DNA from: Candidatus Veblenbacteria bacterium
GTDB taxonomy: Bacteria > Patescibacteriota > Patescibacteriia > Veblenbacterales > UBA10138
Direction: 5' to 3'
Length of the DNA stretch: 44,774 bases
NCBI GenBank assembly: GCA_030700105.1
Contig: JAUYKG010000004.1
Location: 1-44,774 of the forward strand
Made by a program: the position numbers and the translations under genes. Shown here one piece after another: positions 1 through 8,988 of the stretch; positions within the stretch are counted from its first letter, which is position 1, and the number at the start of each line of letters is the position of its first letter. A model generated the notes under the pieces. It searched no databases and was not told the DNA's origin. It worked only from the letters and a program-made list of their open reading frames with translations.

Positions 1-90
1 GCTCTACACTGAGCCTCCGACAGGGCGGCAAATACTAAGCTCATGGAACACTCTTAACCCAGCCCCCAAACAGTCTTGGTTCCTCAAGGG

Positions 91-119
91 TTGACAAATT
101 CAGAGTTTTGATGTATGTT
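91..119 (+). promoter_or_regulatory. sigma70-type promoter upstream of the structured RNA / ORF 371
   Basis: TTGACA (91-96), 17-nt spacer, TATGTT (114-119). Confidence 0.65.
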
Positions 120-155
120 TATATGATTTGAACATTAACAACTTGAAGAGCAGTG

Positions 156-320
156 CTTCGTTCCCACCACCCTATGGAGGGGAGAAGCGGTTGGCAGCAG
201 CTTACGGGTTGGTTCCCGCCAGAGGGGCGGACACTAACCTTAGGCTACGAGCCAATCGTCCGGTGTACTGGCCTTCGGGCAAAGGTACACCACTTCTCCT
301 TCAGGGTAGTGGGAATGAAG
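156..320 (+). ncRNA. candidate structured non-coding RNA (three-way junction), family unknown
   Basis: Closing stem 156-187/293-320, long hairpin 188-258, short hairpin 262-291 with a cUUCGg tetraloop; many G-U pairs only work on the + strand. Confidence 0.6.
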
Positions 321-370
321 GAATTAAATAAATTAAAAACAAAATATAAACAATCTTTGAGGAGTAAAAA

Positions 371-772
371 ATGAAAAAATCATTCAAGAAAGCGGGCGTT
401 TTTTCGCTTGATCTACTGGTCTTCTTGAGCCCTCTAGCTATAGCAGTTGTTGTAGGTTCTATACTTGCGGGTGGATATAACAAGTTCAATAGTACAACCC
501 AAATGTACATAGCCTATGACGCTGCAATTTTAGCTTTTATTCTGTGGGCGGTCGTTACCTACTTAATGACAAAACTCAGGCGGAGTTGGAGATACGCGAC
601 CGGCATGCTAGCAATCAGTTTTATATTAACTGCCTGCCTCTCACTCATTGAGAGATACGAGACTGGTACGGCAATAATATTTGGTATGCTGTTAATATTC
701 GCCATAGCCTCCTTAATAACTGGCTGGAGCGAGATTAAAAATTGGACCTACCACCGAATAAAAAAACAGTAA
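371..772 (+). CDS. hypothetical 4-TM membrane protein
   Basis: 133 aa ORF, GAGGAG RBS upstream, hydrophobic segments, AT-rich, terminator follows. Confidence 0.75.
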   Translation: MKKSFKKAGVFSLDLLVFLSPLAIAVVVGSILAGGYNKFNSTTQMYIAYDAAILAFILWAVVTYLMTKLRRSWRYATGMLAISFILTACLSLIERYETGTAIIFGMLLIFAIASLITGWSEIKNWTYHRIKKQ

Positions 773-780
773 AAAACTCT

Positions 781-818
781 AAAGGATTTCCAACTACCTT
801 GGCGGAAATCCTTTTTTT
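781..818 (+). terminator. intrinsic terminator (probably bidirectional)
   Basis: AAAGGATTTCC...GGAAATCCTTT stem followed by a T-run. Confidence 0.8.
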
Positions 819-853
819 AATTTTCACAAATTACCACTAAGCGGCCTTAACTC

Positions 854-881
854 TGTACTAACGTGTTAACACGTTAGTACA
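854..881. repeat. perfect 28-bp palindrome
   Basis: TGTACTAACGTGTT|AACACGTTAGTACA. Confidence 0.9.
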
Positions 882-921
882 AATGCCAGCCGAAAATATA
901 ACCTCTACTCTCTCAGCCAAT

Positions 922-1605
922 TTAGGTGCCAAACCTACGCTGGCGGTCGCTAAACCAGGCCAAAGCTTTATCCAACTCAACCTCGTTAAAATCAGGGAAC
1001 AACGTAGGCGTAAAATAGAGCTCGGAATAGGCCGATTCCCAGAGCAAAAAGTTGGACAAGCGCTGTTCGCCTGAGGTGCGAATAATAAGGTCGGCTGGCG
1101 GAAGCTCTGCCGTGCTCAGAGCGCTTTTTAATTTTTCAGCTGTAAGCTTTGATAAATCATTATCTGCTTGAGCGAGTTGCTGAACTGCCTCCACAATTTC
1201 CTGCTGACCGCCGTAGTTAATGCATGCCACTACCGTACCCTTGGTACCAGCTCTAGTTTCTTGCTCAGCCGTTACCATAAGCTTAAGTAAACGTGGCGAT
1301 AGCTTTTCCTTGCCGCCGGCAAACATTAAATGTATGGAATCGCGCTTAAAATCCGCTACATCATTGGCCAAGCCCTGTTCCAATAAAGCCATAAGATAAC
1401 TAACTTCCTCCGCGGACCTATTCCAGTTCTCGCGCGAGAATAGGTAAAAGCTCGCCCACCTAACCCCACGGTCGAACAGCCAGCGCGCTAATTCTTTGAC
1501 TCGGGCATAGCCAACCCGATGCCCCTCCAGGGTAGGCAAGCCCTGCCGCTTTGCCCAGCGGCGATTGCCGTCCACTATAACTCCCACGTGAACTGGTGCT
1601 GACAT
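922..1605 (-). CDS. uppS: undecaprenyl/polyprenyl diphosphate synthase (cis-prenyltransferase)
   Basis: HVGVIVDGNRRWA, FSRENWNR, DLIIRTSGEQRLSNFLLW, RRFG motifs. Confidence 0.95.
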   Translation of the reverse strand: MSAPVHVGVIVDGNRRWAKRQGLPTLEGHRVGYARVKELARWLFDRGVRWASFYLFSRENWNRSAEEVSYLMALLEQGLANDVADFKRDSIHLMFAGGKEKLSPRLLKLMVTAEQETRAGTKGTVVACINYGGQQEIVEAVQQLAQADNDLSKLTAEKLKSALSTAELPPADLIIRTSGEQRLSNFLLWESAYSELYFTPTLFPDFNEVELDKALAWFSDRQRRFGT

Positions 1606-1609
1606 AGAA

Positions 1610-2143
1610 TTAGAATGCTTCTACCGCCAGCCACCACCCAAGCGCCAGTAAACAAGCGCCTGAGAACAATAAGGTAATCTTAGCTACGCCGCGGCCAGGT
1701 GCATCCGCCTCGGTACGCACCAAAACAAACAAGGCCAACGCCACAGCGGCCAACGGCAGCAGTACATTCAAGACTACTACGAGAATAAAGGGCACTGCAG
1801 CTACCAGAACAAGCAGTAAACCCCGAAAGCCGGCCACATACAGAGCGGACGACAGCCAGAATACAACCGAGGGAACCGTCGCGGCCAGGGCCAGCCAAGC
1901 CACTCCGCCATACCCTTTCATACTTGTAGCGAGCGAAACTGGCGCAGTGAAAACCTCGGGCACGAACGCGGCAGGTTCGCTACTGGCATGAGTAGCTGTC
2001 GGCGGCGGAGCAGGTTCGGCTGCCAACACCGGGGCAGGCTCCACCCTTGACGGAGGGGCAGACTCGGTAACCACTGGAGCAGGCCCACTATTCATATCCT
2101 GCTGTAAGCGCCGGGTCACTTGGTTGTTGACGTTCTCAAACAT
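1610..2143 (-). CDS. hypothetical membrane protein with Pro-rich N-terminus
   Basis: 177 aa; three C-terminal hydrophobic helices; tightly packed with uppS. Confidence 0.7.
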   Translation of the reverse strand: MFENVNNQVTRRLQQDMNSGPAPVVTESAPPSRVEPAPVLAAEPAPPPTATHASSEPAAFVPEVFTAPVSLATSMKGYGGVAWLALAATVPSVVFWLSSALYVAGFRGLLLVLVAAVPFILVVVLNVLLPLAAVALALFVLVRTEADAPGRGVAKITLLFSGACLLALGWWLAVEAF

Positions 2144-2165
2144 AGAATTCCACCGTCACTGAAAG

Positions 2166-4112
2166 CTACGGTGCGTACCGCACCAGATAGATAAATCCGG
2201 CTGTGTCATCCGAGATGAGCAAACCACCCTGGTAGTTTACCACTCCCACGGGCCGGCCGCGCACCGTGCTACCCTGAAACCATCCAGTAACAAAATCCTC
2301 CACCGCACCGCTCTGACGATTGACCATAAAAACCTTATACCCGTCGGGTGGCTGACGGTTCCATGAACCGTGGGCCGCCACAAACACGTTACCTTGGTAC
2401 TGGGAAGGAAATTCGCTCCCCGTGTACACCGCTAAGCCCAAGGGCGCATTGTGGGCCGGCAGTTTAGCTAAGGGCGCCTGGCTGTCGGCGCAAGGATCAC
2501 GAATGTACACATTCTTATCGAAATCAGAATCGTGCACCCGGTCGCCGTAACAAATAGGCCAGCCATAATTGCCACCTTCTTGAATAACGTTCACCTCTTC
2601 AGGTGGAATAGCATTACCGAGCTCGTCGCGGCCATTATCCGTACCGTAAATAACGCCTTCATATTCCACAAAATCAACCGTGTTCCTGAGGCCCTTGGCA
2701 AAAGTGGCGCACGAGCTGCCGTCTAACTCACAGCGGGTTATGGCCGCTCGCCTTTCGTCTTGCTCGTGGCAGACGTTACAACTCGAGCCCACCGCTACGT
2801 ACAGCTTATCGCCAATCACCTTTACGGTCCTGGTCCAATGGCCGCCAGTGGGGAGTTGCACGATGCGCTGCACTGAACCATCATCGGCCACGTGGTCTTG
2901 ATTATCATCGCGCATACTCCACACGCCATCCTCGGCCGCCACAAAGGCGGTATTACCTTGGAATGCTATGTTGTGCGGCCGCTTGAGCCCGCTCACGAAC
3001 GTGGTAGCCAGGTCAGCACGCCCATCGGCATTGGTATCCCTCAGAACTGCTATCCTGCCTTCGCGCGGTACCCCGAGGTACACAGCCTCGCCGCGCACCG
3101 TCATAAGCCTGGGGCCAGTACCGGGACCAGGTGCGGACACGCGCTGGCTAGACCATTCATCGCTAAAAACGGTAATTACAAACCCTGGCGGAAGCTTAAG
3201 GAACGATAGCGCGGGGTCCGAGGTGGGTTGGGGTGCTGAGGACGAAGGCTCAGCAGGTTGTTCAGGTGTTTCCGCGGTTTCGCCGGGCGCTACAGGAACA
3301 AATGCCGGCGGCACCACAGGGCGCAAGCTCAGGTAGTGGTAACTGTAATACCCTGCGGCCAAAACAACAGCCACCACCACTATAAGCCAAAGCACCACCC
3401 GACCACCAAGTAAATGATGCGGGGAAGATTGGTTTGGTGCCTGAGCCTGGTTACGCTTACGCACAAACTGACTTATGATCATTGAACCACGCAAACCAAT
3501 AACACCCAAATCAATGGCCGATAGCACCAGTCTCCCCGGCGGTAGGCCGGTACCTTGCGCCAGCCAAGCCAACCACACTTCGTGCTCCATAAGATAAGCA
3601 CGAATAACGAACAACACCAAGGCTACGTACCCCAAACGCAAATATTGCCGCCAGCGCGCCGGCCCCAGGACTTGCATCATCTTGGTGTTCGAGATTATCG
3701 CCATGCCAGCCAGGATAGCCATGGCCGCCAACCCCAGAAGCACCTCCGGCTCGTTCCAGTACTGCCACAGGCCCCAGCTGTAACGCTCGGGGTACAAGAG
3801 CACGAGCGAAACCGAATACGCCAGCGCCCCATAAAAACCCACCAGCCCCAGGTACTTGCGGTAGCCAAGCTTGGTATCCAAAAAATCAAAGTAGTAGCAA
3901 AAGCCGGAGAGGACGAAAGAAGCGGCAATGAGTACGCCAGCCGTACTCGCCAACGCTTTGGAGAACATAAACCAGCTCACGGTATCGCCGACCCCGAGCT
4001 GATACAACCAGCTCAACACAAAAACCACTCCGGCCGCCAGGCAAGAATTGCGCCACAAGCGACGTTTTATACCAGAGGCGTGAATACCGACTGGTGCTAC
4101 TCCTAGTTCCAT
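2166..4112 (-). CDS. fusion: MsrQ/ferric-reductase-like TM domain + PQQ-dependent sugar/sorbosone dehydrogenase beta-propeller
   Basis: N-half RKYLGLVGF..., AIISN...LG..RW; C-half LPPGF, GSSCNVC, GLRN, DNGRD, NYGWP, HGSWNR, GRPVG. Start taken at ATG 4112, 7 nt after TGGTATACT. Confidence 0.8.
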   Translation of the reverse strand: MELGVAPVGIHASGIKRRLWRNSCLAAGVVFVLSWLYQLGVGDTVSWFMFSKALASTAGVLIAASFVLSGFCYYFDFLDTKLGYRKYLGLVGFYGALAYSVSLVLLYPERYSWGLWQYWNEPEVLLGLAAMAILAGMAIISNTKMMQVLGPARWRQYLRLGYVALVLFVIRAYLMEHEVWLAWLAQGTGLPPGRLVLSAIDLGVIGLRGSMIISQFVRKRNQAQAPNQSSPHHLLGGRVVLWLIVVVAVVLAAGYYSYHYLSLRPVVPPAFVPVAPGETAETPEQPAEPSSSAPQPTSDPALSFLKLPPGFVITVFSDEWSSQRVSAPGPGTGPRLMTVRGEAVYLGVPREGRIAVLRDTNADGRADLATTFVSGLKRPHNIAFQGNTAFVAAEDGVWSMRDDNQDHVADDGSVQRIVQLPTGGHWTRTVKVIGDKLYVAVGSSCNVCHEQDERRAAITRCELDGSSCATFAKGLRNTVDFVEYEGVIYGTDNGRDELGNAIPPEEVNVIQEGGNYGWPICYGDRVHDSDFDKNVYIRDPCADSQAPLAKLPAHNAPLGLAVYTGSEFPSQYQGNVFVAAHGSWNRQPPDGYKVFMVNRQSGAVEDFVTGWFQGSTVRGRPVGVVNYQGGLLISDDTAGFIYLVRYAP

Positions 4113-4149
4113 AAAGTTAAGTATACCACGCCAATTCCACACCTTACCG

Positions 4150-4178
4150 TTGTCAAAGCAGCTAGATTTTGCTAGGCT
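4150..4178 (+). promoter_or_regulatory. promoter for tRNA-Pro
   Basis: TTGTCA-17 nt-TAGGCT with TG extension. Confidence 0.55.
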
Positions 4179-4197
4179 AGCTGGTGCTCTGTTGCAT

Positions 4198-4274
4198 CGG
4201 GGTGTGGCGCAGTTGGCTAGCGCGCAGCGTTCGGGTCGCTGAGGCCGTGGGTTCGAGTCCCACCACCCCGACCA
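4198..4274 (+). tRNA. tRNA-Pro(CGG)
   Basis: CGGGGTG/CACCCCG acceptor stem, CAGCG-TT-CGG-GT-CGCTG anticodon arm, GGTTCGAGTCC T-arm, CCA end. Confidence 0.95.
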
Positions 4275-4441
4275 CGAAAGAATGTTTGACCTTTGTGGTC
4301 AAGCATTTTTTTGTTTGTTAACATGGGGTTTGAAGGGCAGGAGCGAAACAAACCACCCTGGGCGGAGCAGTTGAGCGACGCCGAAAGCGAGCGAGCGTAG
4401 CTTTCGGCGCTGCCCAGGACAGAGTCCCACCACCCCGACCA
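4255..4441 (+). mobile_element. 167-bp tRNA-Pro-anchored mini-islet flanked by 20-bp direct repeats of the tRNA 3' end
   Basis: GAGTCCCACCACCCCGACCA at 4255-4274 and 4422-4441; insert is non-coding and hairpin-rich. Confidence 0.7.
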
Positions 4442-4444
4442 GAC

Positions 4445-4474
4445 AAAAAGATTTCACCATGGTGGAATCTTTTT
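4445..4474. terminator. bidirectional intrinsic terminator
   Basis: AAAAAGATTTCACC-AT-GGTGGAATCTTTTT between convergent units. Confidence 0.75.
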
Positions 4475-4522
4475 ATATACTTGAATAAAACCGATTTAAC
4501 CTCCTTTAACAATATGGCACCT

Positions 4523-5506
4523 TTATTCTTTAAACAGCTCCCGCGCTGTTTGCCAATAGGCAGGTTCGCCCAAACTATCTTTGGCATAATACCACCATTC
4601 CACCCCCCACAAAAAACCTTCCTCAAAACCAGTACGCCGGAACACGGCTATGTTGTCGTTGAACCTTTCCAGGCTTAGTGAATTCTGAGCCTCTGCCAAA
4701 GAGAGTGAGAGTGGGCCGCGGGGGGCCCAGGGCTCAAGCTGTAACTCGCTCACAACGGTTTTTTTAACAAAAGGGGAAATAAGCGCCGCCTTTAAGCGAT
4801 AGTAGTAAGCTGGCCAAGGATAACTAAAATACCCAAAGACCGGGTTCCACGTTACCCGGTAAAAGGTTACGCCCTGCTCATCCGCCAAACGGCCCGTTTC
4901 CCACCACGAGGACAGCTCGCCTGAATCGGTGAGCATAATGGGTCGGGTTGGGTCCAAGCGACGCAGGAAGGCAATCTCCTGGCGTAGCCGATGCGTATTG
5001 GGTTGCAAACACGTGCCATAAGCAAAAAGCGGCTCGTTCTCCAATTGCCAGCGGGTAATAGCGGGCTCGACGCGGTAGTGCTCCACCACCGCCTCAACCA
5101 TTTTAAATTGCCTCTCGGTCATCTCGTCCGGCGTTAATTCTGCCAGCCACTTCGGGTCGTGGCACTCGGGCCAACGCGGCAACTTCCTACCCACCGCCAA
5201 GGTAACGGTTGCCCCGGCCGCGCGCGCGGCAGCTATGTACCCATCGAGTTCGCCAAAAGTAAATTCTCCTGGCGCGGGTTCGATTTCATTCCAGTTAGCT
5301 TGCAACCTCAGGTGGGAAGGGGAGAAATCGCGAATGATATTACTGAACAGCTCCCCCGGCTCCAGCCCCAGGTACCGTGCGTGCGCCGGCGAAAATGTTA
5401 TCACCCAGCGAGGGGAAGACGTAAACGGCAATTTCCGTTCTAGCACCGCGCCAATCAGCACAGTTACGGCAAGCGGCACCGCTACAATCCAAATCAGGTA
5501 CCGCAT
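4523..5506 (-). CDS. membrane-anchored clan GH-A glycoside hydrolase (GH5/GH35/GH42-like)
   Basis: N-terminal TM; WNEIEP..G.F.F; WQLENEP acid/base; SELQLEPW nucleophile. Confidence 0.8.
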   Translation of the reverse strand: MRYLIWIVAVPLAVTVLIGAVLERKLPFTSSPRWVITFSPAHARYLGLEPGELFSNIIRDFSPSHLRLQANWNEIEPAPGEFTFGELDGYIAAARAAGATVTLAVGRKLPRWPECHDPKWLAELTPDEMTERQFKMVEAVVEHYRVEPAITRWQLENEPLFAYGTCLQPNTHRLRQEIAFLRRLDPTRPIMLTDSGELSSWWETGRLADEQGVTFYRVTWNPVFGYFSYPWPAYYYRLKAALISPFVKKTVVSELQLEPWAPRGPLSLSLAEAQNSLSLERFNDNIAVFRRTGFEEGFLWGVEWWYYAKDSLGEPAYWQTARELFKE

Positions 5507-5510
5507 AATG

Positions 5511-6407
5511 CTACCAACTTAGCCACCACAGCCCACCTACGATTAATACCGTGCCCAGAACCTTACGCACGAGCGCCGCTCCCGAGAATTGCTCACGGAA
5601 TAAGGTGGGCCAGCGGTATGACACCAAGACTGCCAGCAAGAGGATAAAAACATACTGCATGCCTTGGAGCGCCTCCACTAATGTTACGCTCGCCAGCGAA
5701 ACGGCGTAACTATTTAGCACACCAGCCAAGGCCCCAGCTGCCTGCCCGCCCATAAAGCTAAACCTAAGCCCGTTCGAGGTCTTGCCCACCATATGACCAA
5801 ACGAGGACCAAGTGCCGGGAATGGCCAAGAGTGCCAAGCTGCTCACAAAACCACCCAAGCGTGTAACTACCAAACCAGTCACAAAACTCACCTCACCAAA
5901 GGCCAGCTTAAGGAACACGTAGGCCAAACCGAATAAGGCGCTCGAGGCTGTGGCCAACACGAGTGCCCGCACGCTCAGCCCGCCCGGGCCGCCTACCATT
6001 AAGAACCCACCCAGTACTAGTACCAAGAAGGCCGCTACCTGCGAAGGTTCCAAGCGCTCGCCAATGAGAAAGAACGAAGCCCCAAAAACAAAGAGTGGGT
6101 TCAAACTGCCAATGTAGGCCGGCACGCGCGAAGCCTCCCCTTGCTTGAGGACGGTGAACAAGGACCAAAGCGCGGCGGTGAAACAGGCACCAGAACCCAA
6201 ACCATACCACCAACCGAGCAAGGAGGGATTGTGCCAGCCAAAAGGCACCAGCACAAGCGCCAGGAGCCCGAGGCAGGAAATAGCAAACGTATAAACGGCC
6301 GGGTTGTCCAGGCGCTCACGCTTTAAAAGCGACTTGTCGACAATGGCGACAATCGCATTAAAGAAATATCCAATGGCAGCCCAACCAATCCAACCCATAA
6401 CGTTCAC
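5511..6407 (-). CDS. EamA/DMT family transporter
   Basis: ~10 TM; GEASRV..., IGERL motifs. Confidence 0.8.
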   Translation of the reverse strand: MNVMGWIGWAAIGYFFNAIVAIVDKSLLKRERLDNPAVYTFAISCLGLLALVLVPFGWHNPSLLGWWYGLGSGACFTAALWSLFTVLKQGEASRVPAYIGSLNPLFVFGASFFLIGERLEPSQVAAFLVLVLGGFLMVGGPGGLSVRALVLATASSALFGLAYVFLKLAFGEVSFVTGLVVTRLGGFVSSLALLAIPGTWSSFGHMVGKTSNGLRFSFMGGQAAGALAGVLNSYAVSLASVTLVEALQGMQYVFILLLAVLVSYRWPTLFREQFSGAALVRKVLGTVLIVGGLWWLSW

Positions 6408-6429
6408 AGATAGTTTACACCGTTGTAGC

Positions 6430-7665
6430 CTACACCTCTAGGCCCGCTCGCTTAAGCTTGTCTCGCCCACAGTAAGTAGCATACACCTCCGCTGCGGGGC
6501 GGGGCGTGCGGACAAAGCTCTGCCGATCAACTGCTACCAACCCGAACCTAGGGCTAAACCCCTTATCCCACTCAAAATTATCCATAAGCGACCAATAAAA
6601 ATAGCCGCGCACGTCCACACCCTGCTCCTTGACGCGCAACAACGCAGCCAGTGAACGTTCAAGAAAATTCGTACGTTGTGCTTCGCTCACCGGCGCTATA
6701 CCGTTCTCTGTAACGTAGAGTGGCAACCCATAGCGCTGCCAGGAGAACCTTAACAGATCATCTAAACCTTCGGGGTACACTTCCCACCCCAAGGCTGAAA
6801 CCTCATGCCCAAGCTTCTTGGGATCGGCGAACGATACCCACCCGCGTCTGGGGTTCAGGCTCAGCCGAGCGCGCTGGTGAAAGTAGTAATTCAGGCCAAT
6901 AAAATCGTGGCAACCGGCGGTTAAATTCATAAGCCACCGGTTCCAGAACCAATCGGCCCGCTCCGCCGCCCACTGATCCAGCACAAACCGGACTCTCAAG
7001 GGGGCAAGAGAGAGAAAGTTGTGCGCCAAGCCTACCTGAGCTTGGGACAACAATTCGTGAATAATACGGTAGGCAGCCCGGTGCGCCTCAGACAGACGTT
7101 CAACCACCTTGCGCATGCGCTGGCGAGAACGCACGGCTGGCGGCCAATGACCATAGAGGTAGGCCTCGGTAGCCAGCACCAACGGCTCGTTAATGGTAAG
7201 CCACAGATCAACCTGGTCGCCGAACTCAGTCACCACCCGGCGCACGTAACGTTCAAAATACGGCACAGCCTGCGCACACTCCCACCCTCCCTGCCGTGCC
7301 AACCAGGTGGGCAAGGTGAAGTGGTTCAGGGTTAAACATATTTTTAGCCCACACTCACGAAGCGAGTTAAATACCTGGTGGTAGTGGGCAATGGCTTCCT
7401 CACTCCAATTACCCGCCTCCGGCTCCAGCCTGCCCCACTCCAAGGATAAGCGGTGTGCGTTCTGCCCCAAGCTCTTGGCCAAGCGGAAATCTTCGGCAAA
7501 TCGTTCGTAGTGTTGCACGGCCTGGCCGCACTGCTCAAGCCCTTGTCTGTGCTCCCACTCGTACCAATCGCTCCAGACATTGCCGCCCTCCACTTGATAG
7601 GACGAGGTAGCCGCCCCCCACCAAAACGAAGGCTCTCCTCCACCAAACCTGGCTGGTCCCGGCAT
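6430..7665 (-). CDS. glycoside hydrolase family 1 (beta-glucosidase-like)
   Basis: FWWGAATSSYQVEG, TINEP, GLNYY, YVTENG, WSLMDNFEW motifs. Confidence 0.93.
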   Translation of the reverse strand: MPGPARFGGGEPSFWWGAATSSYQVEGGNVWSDWYEWEHRQGLEQCGQAVQHYERFAEDFRLAKSLGQNAHRLSLEWGRLEPEAGNWSEEAIAHYHQVFNSLRECGLKICLTLNHFTLPTWLARQGGWECAQAVPYFERYVRRVVTEFGDQVDLWLTINEPLVLATEAYLYGHWPPAVRSRQRMRKVVERLSEAHRAAYRIIHELLSQAQVGLAHNFLSLAPLRVRFVLDQWAAERADWFWNRWLMNLTAGCHDFIGLNYYFHQRARLSLNPRRGWVSFADPKKLGHEVSALGWEVYPEGLDDLLRFSWQRYGLPLYVTENGIAPVSEAQRTNFLERSLAALLRVKEQGVDVRGYFYWSLMDNFEWDKGFSPRFGLVAVDRQSFVRTPRPAAEVYATYCGRDKLKRAGLEV

Positions 7666-7668
7666 AGG

Positions 7669-8610
7669 CTACAACCACCTCAAACCAATCTCAGTAAACA
7701 AGAACAGAGCATAGAAACCTATCAACACCCAGCCTTCGCGAGGCGTAAGACGACGACCAGTATAGGCCAACAGCACAAAACTCACGAGTAGCCCCACCAA
7801 GACAGCAACAAAAACATAGTACGGTGCGCCCACCGCCAGCTGCATAGGTTTAATGAACGCTAGTAAGCCAACCACGAGTGAATTGGCAAAGGCGCTGCCG
7901 ATCAAATTGCCAAATGAGAGGTCCCGTGCGCCACCCCGCCAAGAACGAAAGGCCAAGGTGAGCTCTGGTAAATTGGTCCCCAGAGAAAAGAAGAGCAACC
8001 CTGCTAAAAATGGACGAATATTGAGCTGTTGAATAAGAGGCAACGACAAATCTAGAATGAACTTGGCCATTACCACCACCGCCACCAAGCCGAGCAAACT
8101 TAACCAGAGCACTTTAAGGTTAGAAGTACCACCCTCCAGTTTAAGCGCGGGATGAGAAGAAGTGTTTGTGCGTATGAGGTAGTACACACACAGGCCGTAG
8201 GTAAGCACTAGTACCAACCCCTCGAACGAGGTAAGCGCGCCGTCGAACATAAACCACAACGGCAGACTAATGTAAGTCACTATCAGTACCAGCTCACGGT
8301 GACGAAAACTCTCTGCCACATCGAGACCGCGATCCACTACAACGCTCACGCCAACAATAAGACCAAGCAACACCACTACCCCACCCATAAGGTTGCCGAA
8401 CGAGAGCTGCCCCACGTTCACAAGCGAAGCCTGCACACCCACAGTGAGCTCAGGCATGCTGGTGAGCACACCCAGTACCAAGCCGAGCCAGAACTGACGT
8501 ATACCTAGGTTAACGCCCAGAGTCTTTACGTTAACCATAACCACGTCAGCGGCCTTGCCGATGAGGTAAAACAACACCAGGAGGAGCGCTACGGTAGCTG
8601 TGACAGGCAT
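7669..8610 (-). CDS. CaCA family sodium:calcium antiporter
   Basis: Two alpha repeats, TSMPEL...GNLMG and GTNLPEL...GNLIGS; start ATG 8610. Confidence 0.88.
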   Translation of the reverse strand: MPVTATVALLLVLFYLIGKAADVVMVNVKTLGVNLGIRQFWLGLVLGVLTSMPELTVGVQASLVNVGQLSFGNLMGGVVVLLGLIVGVSVVVDRGLDVAESFRHRELVLIVTYISLPLWFMFDGALTSFEGLVLVLTYGLCVYYLIRTNTSSHPALKLEGGTSNLKVLWLSLLGLVAVVVMAKFILDLSLPLIQQLNIRPFLAGLLFFSLGTNLPELTLAFRSWRGGARDLSFGNLIGSAFANSLVVGLLAFIKPMQLAVGAPYYVFVAVLVGLLVSFVLLAYTGRRLTPREGWVLIGFYALFLFTEIGLRWL

Positions 8611-8631
8611 ATTAACCACAAGTATAACACA

Positions 8632-8656
8632 GCCCTCCGACGCATGATCGGAGGGC
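8632..8656 (-). terminator. GC-rich hairpin after hup, followed by TGTTATACT promoter (8621-8629) for the CaCA gene
   Basis: GCCCTCCGA-7 nt-TCGGAGGGC; no strong U-tract. Confidence 0.5.
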
Positions 8657-8703
8657 AGCAGAAGCTCAGACGAGGTAGTGGGCGACTACCCGACTGGTGT
8701 GTA

Positions 8704-8988
8704 CTAAAGGATTGCGTCCTTGGCAGCCTTGGCGACGCGGAACTTGACCACGGTCTTGGCCGGGATCTTGATCGCTTCACCAGTAGCAGGGTTGCGGCCC
8801 ATGCGGGCGGCCCGCTGCTTTTTGACGAGCTTACCAAGGCCTGGAATGGTGAACTCCCCTACTTTCTTGGCCTCGCTGTAGGCCAGGGAAACTAGCGTTT
8901 CCACCACCATCACCACATCCTTGCGGCTGTGGCCGGTCTTCTCCGCCAGAGCGGAGAGAACCTGAGACTTACTCATACCTTTGGCCAT
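8704..8988 (-). CDS. hup: HU family DNA-binding protein
   Basis: IPGLGKL...RAARMGRNPATGEAIKIPAK..VKF; GAGGAG RBS. Confidence 0.95.
   Translation of the reverse strand: MAKGMSKSQVLSALAEKTGHSRKDVVMVVETLVSLAYSEAKKVGEFTIPGLGKLVKKQRAARMGRNPATGEAIKIPAKTVVKFRVAKAAKDAIL

Noticed and set aside
1-43. GCTCTACACTGAGC resembling an antisense tRNA D-arm, or a minus-strand gene start (MSLVFAAL...)
   Set aside because: No cloverleaf can be built, and too little sequence lies inside the window to call a gene
128-510. Short ORFs 128-331, 153-374 and 301-510
   Set aside because: They overlap the structured RNA or lie antisense to ORF 371; no recognisable protein features
4318-4678. ORFs 4318-4626 and 4481-4678
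   Set aside because: They cross a terminator and the tRNA islet and overlap the glycoside hydrolase gene
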